DNA of 64,000 nucleotides from Lophium mytilinum (Eukaryota): NCBI GenBank assembly GCA_010093605.1, contig MU004203.1, positions 264,391 to 328,390 of the forward strand, read 5' to 3'. Shown piece by piece: positions 59,437 to 64,000 of this stretch (position 1 is its first letter; each line of letters starts with the position of its first letter). The notes under the pieces were generated by a model. It saw only the letters and a program-made list of their open reading frames with translations, ran no database searches and was not told where the DNA came from. The position numbers and the translations under genes were made by a program.

Positions 59437-60446
59437 TTAAACATCGAATTGCTTGATATCAGGCATCATACCTAACCCACCTCCGCCGGTGCCTCTCACC
59501 CCTTGCGCAAGACCCTTTCCGCCGACTCCCGCCTCGCCTTCTGTCACACCTCCAGCACTCCGATCCTTGACATGCTTCCTGAGAAGACTAAGGACTCTCG
59601 AGTTTCGCCAGCGCGAAGGTACCGGTCGGTACGCTGGCTTGAATGTGCCAACGGTCTGTGCCCACTCTCCAGTTCCAGGCGCCCTCTTCCATTCATCCTG
59701 AAGTGCTGGCGCATCGCCCTGTGCAGAAGAGGTAGCCATGTCAGGACCCGAGCCCTCGGCGTATTCTTGTGATGTTGGGGTCGGCTGTTGGGTAGCCCAG
59801 TAGTAGATATCCCAGTCATTCTCGTCAAGGAATAGATCGTATTGTTGGAGCTGCTGTGGTGTCATTTGCGCAAGGTTGGCGTCCGCGAAGGTGGAGAGGA
59901 GTAGGTCACTTTCGAGAGTCCCCCGTTTGCGACTCTGATCTAGAAGTACGAAAAGGATGTTAGCGAGTGTATTGTATGTACGCCGCAGATTGAGAGCAAT
60001 AGTAACGGACATAATAACCTCGCGCGGGTCGTATTCGAATCCTCTCCAGTCCGTCTCAAAGGTTCCACCTTGAACTTAGCGCCCTCCATTTCTCCTACCC
60101 CTAGCTCTGCGTTGGAGCCACTTGCTTCGGAGCCAGATTGTGTACCACCGGTCATACGCTCGGTGTTCTCGGGAACCGAGTCCTTGGGATTGAAGTCTGG
60201 GTTGACCGAACTTAGGAACTCGGGTGGGGGTGCGTCCTTGCCTACACTCGGCATCTCGTTCGCAATTGTGGAGTTGGTGTTGGTCATATGAGGGTTGGTG
60301 GCTTTCTCAGCTTGCTTTTTCCTGTAGTCCTCTGTGGTGTCGTTGCCGCGATCATTGACGTTGAAGCGGGGAGTGTATGAGGAGAAAGGGCGAGAGAATG
60401 TCGCGAGGGCCCGAGAAGAACGGAGGACAAGTCGAGCGGAGGCCAT
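59437..60446 (-). CDS. SDH5: Succinate dehydrogenase assembly factor 2 (flavinylation factor)
   Basis: Presequence. [24 protein letters not shown] across intron 60010-59940, plus [17 protein letters not shown]. Confidence 0.92.
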
Positions 60447-60916
60447 GGTTTTGATAGAAGCAATTGAGAGCTCGAAATGAGGTCGATCCGTTGAAGTGAT
60501 GAGGAAAGAATGGTGGTTGAAGCTCTTCGGATAGAACAAATAATGATGACTTCATATGATCCTCGGTTCGTCCACTAGTTTCGCTGACATAATACGCCAT
60601 ATAGCAAACTTTCCATCAACAACCACAACACATGCTGCTTCATAGATCAAGAATTCGCATGTCGACGGTAGCCGCTGTCCGGGCATGCCGAATAGCGTCG
60701 GAGGGCTTGCAACGCCGTCAGTGCGGTGGCAACGACGCAGGAGTAAGACTTGTATCAATCTTCTCCTTTTAGAATAATCTCATCTCGATGCAACGGTTTG
60801 ATCCAGCGTTCTGGGTATTTAGTAGCATTTGACTCTCTTTCAAAGCTGTATCTCTATTTGGTTCACTTCTCTTACTGTCTCGATTTCCTTTGTGATCTCT
60901 CTATCGGTATAGTCTT

Positions 60917-61479
60917 CATTCCTGAGGTTTACTACTGTTTGCGGATTGCAAACCCCCTCTGATATTTCCGGCTTTGCGGGAGAAAGACCAACCTCCTCTC
61001 TTAAATCAAGACTGCAATCACATGAGTATGAATCTGGCCCCTTCCGGGTCAAGAGTGGCGTTAAAAGTGCCGAACGGTGCGGCCCGCACCGCGTGGAGGG
61101 ATCTTTACTATCCCTACTCACACTCCGCATGGACCCTTGGACCCCAAAGAGCGTATGCCCGTCGGAGTTTGCCCAGCGCTGGAGCGATCTTTTGTCTTAA
61201 TCGTTGTCGTAGGCCAAACAATAGCGATTGTGTTGCACCGTTACATCATAACGTGAGGAATGTGACAGAGGCTGGATCTGAGTCTGTTTGCGGAATTTAT
61301 ACCCGCCACCCAATGGCACGCTTCGCGACGAACTTCCCAGCCTCTCACTATTTGCTGCGATGTTTGACATGTTGGCAACGTTTGTTAGGTTTTCAAACAC
61401 TGCAGTCACGGGAAAGGGTCTCTTCCCCCAGCATTCCACATCTGGGGCTAAAGTTAGAACCACCGCCGGCTAAGGAATG
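60917..61479. promoter_or_regulatory. Candidate AbaA-type (CATTCC) and WetA-response-like elements upstream of wetA
   Basis: CATTCC at 60917(+), 61257(-), 61432(+) and 61474(-). CTGTTTGCGGA at 60935 and 61284. Confidence 0.4.
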
Positions 61480-61789
61480 GTATCAGGAAACTGGAGGCTG
61501 GATGGAATCGAGAGAGGTCACGCCGCCGAGTATATATCCTCGGAACATGTTTGTTTTCCATGTTTGTTTCCTGCATCATCGTGCATTGCATCGTTTCATA
61601 TTTGCCCACTGCATTACCGACCTGCACGTTATCTGCAAGGTACCTTTTGCCTCATCACGCGTCCTTGCCGCTTCCACTTGCTCCCTGCACCTACCAACCA
61701 TCTGGTAAATACCTTCACTACGCTCACACGTGAAAGAGGCGTGTCTCATCTTCATGGCCTCTGTACTCCGACCGCAAATTGATCTCTCA

Positions 61790-63430
61790 ATGCGGCCAGC
61801 TAACAACAAAGAAATGCATCTGTTCGAGCCGTATGATGATCTCTTTGATCAGTACGTTGAGACAGACCTGCTCCATTTCAGTGACAATACACTGGAACAG
61901 CCCAGTTCCGACGACTTAGCAGGTCTTTTTGAGGACCCATCATCGAATGGGAGCGACTTCGTCGAAGCCTCGCCTATGCCGAGGAGGGAGGCAAGGACTG
62001 ACGAGGCTTGGCATCAGGCTCTGCGACACCTCGAACAAAACCCAGCCTCGCCCGCGCTGCAGGACTATCAGTCTTCCGTTTACCCTGAATCTCGCGGAAG
62101 GGCTTCGGCTTCTGACCCCGAGATCTTCAGTGTAGACGAACTGTTCAGTCCTCTACCAGAATCGTATTCTCGCATTTCTTCATCCACTCCCACGACTCCT
62201 ACACCATCCGTACCAAAAGGCAAATCGAGAGCCGTGGCAAGCATTGCTCAGCCAATTGCTCGCAGATTTGCCAACGGAATACGAAAAGCGACTCGAAAGC
62301 TAAGCGTCTCACCCAATCTGCCCAAGATGATGCGACCATCTCAGTATCGCTCCAGCAGCCATCACGACGTCTGGGCAAAGCGAATCGACACCACACCAGA
62401 TGTATACAATCTACAAATACACAGCAATGGAATACCAGTACCACCGCCCCGATCTGCGAAGCTCTCTCAGACTCAAATCTCGACTTCATTCATCTCAAAT
62501 TGCGACGACTTCAGCCTCTCCGCGACAGTTGCCAACGGCTTCGAAGACTCCAAACACGACCTCAACGACCAGTCAAATTACCAATTGACTCCTCTCTCAT
62601 CACCAACGATAGACCACAACTCCGGTCATCGTCAGGCTTCCTTCAACTCTACGAATGACCACATTTCCTCGAGCTACTTCGGCCACCAGCTGAGCAATGA
62701 GGCTCTTTCAGCCTTGCAAACCCCGCCCCCATCTCACAGACTCCCAATCGCCGCGTGGGGTCCCGATACAAGCGAGAACTTTGATTTCAATCTCCCAGCC
62801 TCGCCGGACTTTTCTCAATCCCAGAAGCCACAAGCATGGTGGCCCTCTGGTAGCGCGCCTCAGCCTTCCTCGGCCGCTTATCACCAATCGCGAACCGAAA
62901 GTTCAGGCATGGGCTTCGACAGTGTCCCCGCCTCTGGCCTTGGAATCTCCTGTGATTTGAGCGGCTTTGGTGAGCCGGCTGCCTCTGCGTCGGGCTATGG
63001 CGTCCCTGCTGCGCAGCTCTACACGTACGCGAATCCAATGCCGCCAGCGCATGCGTACATTGCGACCACGCCGTCTTCGAGATCGCCTTCGAGCTCCCCT
63101 CCGCCTCATCGTATCTCGAATCGGAGAACATCATCCAGACATCGGCAACACAGTGGTCCTCACCATCGTCGTAAATCGAGTAACTCGAGCAATTCGGCCC
63201 CACGACCTGCCTCGGTGGGATTTGTGAACTTCACCCCGGATGATAGCCGCAAGATCTTGACAGGTGTCGCCCCGAGCGGCTCGTCGAAAACAAAGGCTAG
63301 AAGAGAGAAAGAAGCAGCTGAGCGGAGGAGGAAACTTAGCCAAGCCGCTACAAGAGCGATCATGGATGCAGGAGGGGATCTGGCAGAGCTGGAGAGAGAA
63401 GGTTTGTTATGTTTAGCAGCAGAAGAGTAG
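61790..63430 (+). CDS. wetA: Developmental regulator WetA
   Basis: N-terminal DDLFDQY motif and C-terminal ESC1/WetA domain VGFVNFTPDDSRKILTGVAPSGSSKTKARREKEA. Intronless. Start is 61790 or 61814. Confidence 0.92.
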   Translation: MRPANNKEMHLFEPYDDLFDQYVETDLLHFSDNTLEQPSSDDLAGLFEDPSSNGSDFVEASPMPRREARTDEAWHQALRHLEQNPASPALQDYQSSVYPESRGRASASDPEIFSVDELFSPLPESYSRISSSTPTTPTPSVPKGKSRAVASIAQPIARRFANGIRKATRKLSVSPNLPKMMRPSQYRSSSHHDVWAKRIDTTPDVYNLQIHSNGIPVPPPRSAKLSQTQISTSFISNCDDFSLSATVANGFEDSKHDLNDQSNYQLTPLSSPTIDHNSGHRQASFNSTNDHISSSYFGHQLSNEALSALQTPPPSHRLPIAAWGPDTSENFDFNLPASPDFSQSQKPQAWWPSGSAPQPSSAAYHQSRTESSGMGFDSVPASGLGISCDLSGFGEPAASASGYGVPAAQLYTYANPMPPAHAYIATTPSSRSPSSSPPPHRISNRRTSSRHRQHSGPHHRRKSSNSSNSAPRPASVGFVNFTPDDSRKILTGVAPSGSSKTKARREKEAAERRRKLSQAATRAIMDAGGDLAELEREGLLCLAAEE

Positions 63431-64000
63431 AAACTCTCATTGCACTGTCCCACAAGTGGAGGCGGGTTCTTCTTGTAATGATTGTAGCGTATATCACGCT
63501 TCTTCGATGTTGGTGGTTTTGGCGTTTGGGCTTTGTTTTGTGGTACAGTCTTGGTTCATTTGCCTAGGAGAGTAATGCGTACAGACAATATGAGAAGCAT
63601 ACATACTACATTATATTTTCACGAGGGGTTTAGATCTCTACCTTCTCTGTGAGGCACCAAGAACGTCTCAGTTTATTGTGAATATCTAATACTATATAAG
63701 GGTAGCCAATCGGGGTCAAGCAAGTGTGCATATCCCTTCGACTAGCTACTTCATCCACGTTTATATGATGTGACAACCGAAAACTTATCGAATAGGTCTC
63801 TTAAAGTTTGACTGGGCGGCTCTTGCATCCTCTTCCTAATGTGGTAATCCTCAGTGCACGGGCCAGCCTGGCTCGGCTCTTTCTCACTTGCCAGACAAGT
63901 TCCTTTCCCATCCTCTTCACAACAAACATCCATCGTCCAACATTGCTTTCAGCGGGAGGTTTCTGTCTCATCAAAAGCCTTTAATTGTGAGCGATTTGAG

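Overview
This is gene-dense, intron-containing nuclear DNA from a filamentous ascomycete. Introns are short GT..AG with CTAAC/CTGAC branch sites. Pezizomycotina is well supported; Dothideomycete-like is my inference. Recognisable conserved genes are mitochondrial ribosomal protein S7 (RSM7), a Usp-domain protein, dynactin p27, a SIT4-associated SAPS protein, VPS60, an ENA-type P-type ATPase, ERV25, SDH5 and the conidiation regulator wetA. Accessory genes include two HET-domain proteins, three secreted/cell-surface proteins, a DUF1989 protein, an SDR, an amidohydrolase-type decarboxylase, zinc-finger regulators and an intronless calpain-like (peptidase C2) gene. No tRNA, rRNA, CRISPR array or intact transposon ORF was seen. 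The most interesting observations are: (1) a calpain-like protein with Ser in place of the catalytic Cys while His/Asn are kept; (2) a small secreted 8-Cys protein with an aerolysin/ETX-like Ser/Thr amphipathic hairpin; (3) recurrent C-rich to G-rich skew flips that cut through genes regardless of gene strand; (4) a ~250 bp foldback element in the RSM7 promoter; (5) two possible alternative C-termini for the SAPS gene; (6) clustered candidate transcription-factor sites upstream of the decarboxylase and of wetA; (7) several tandem repeats. All family assignments come from motif recognition by eye, not from database searches.
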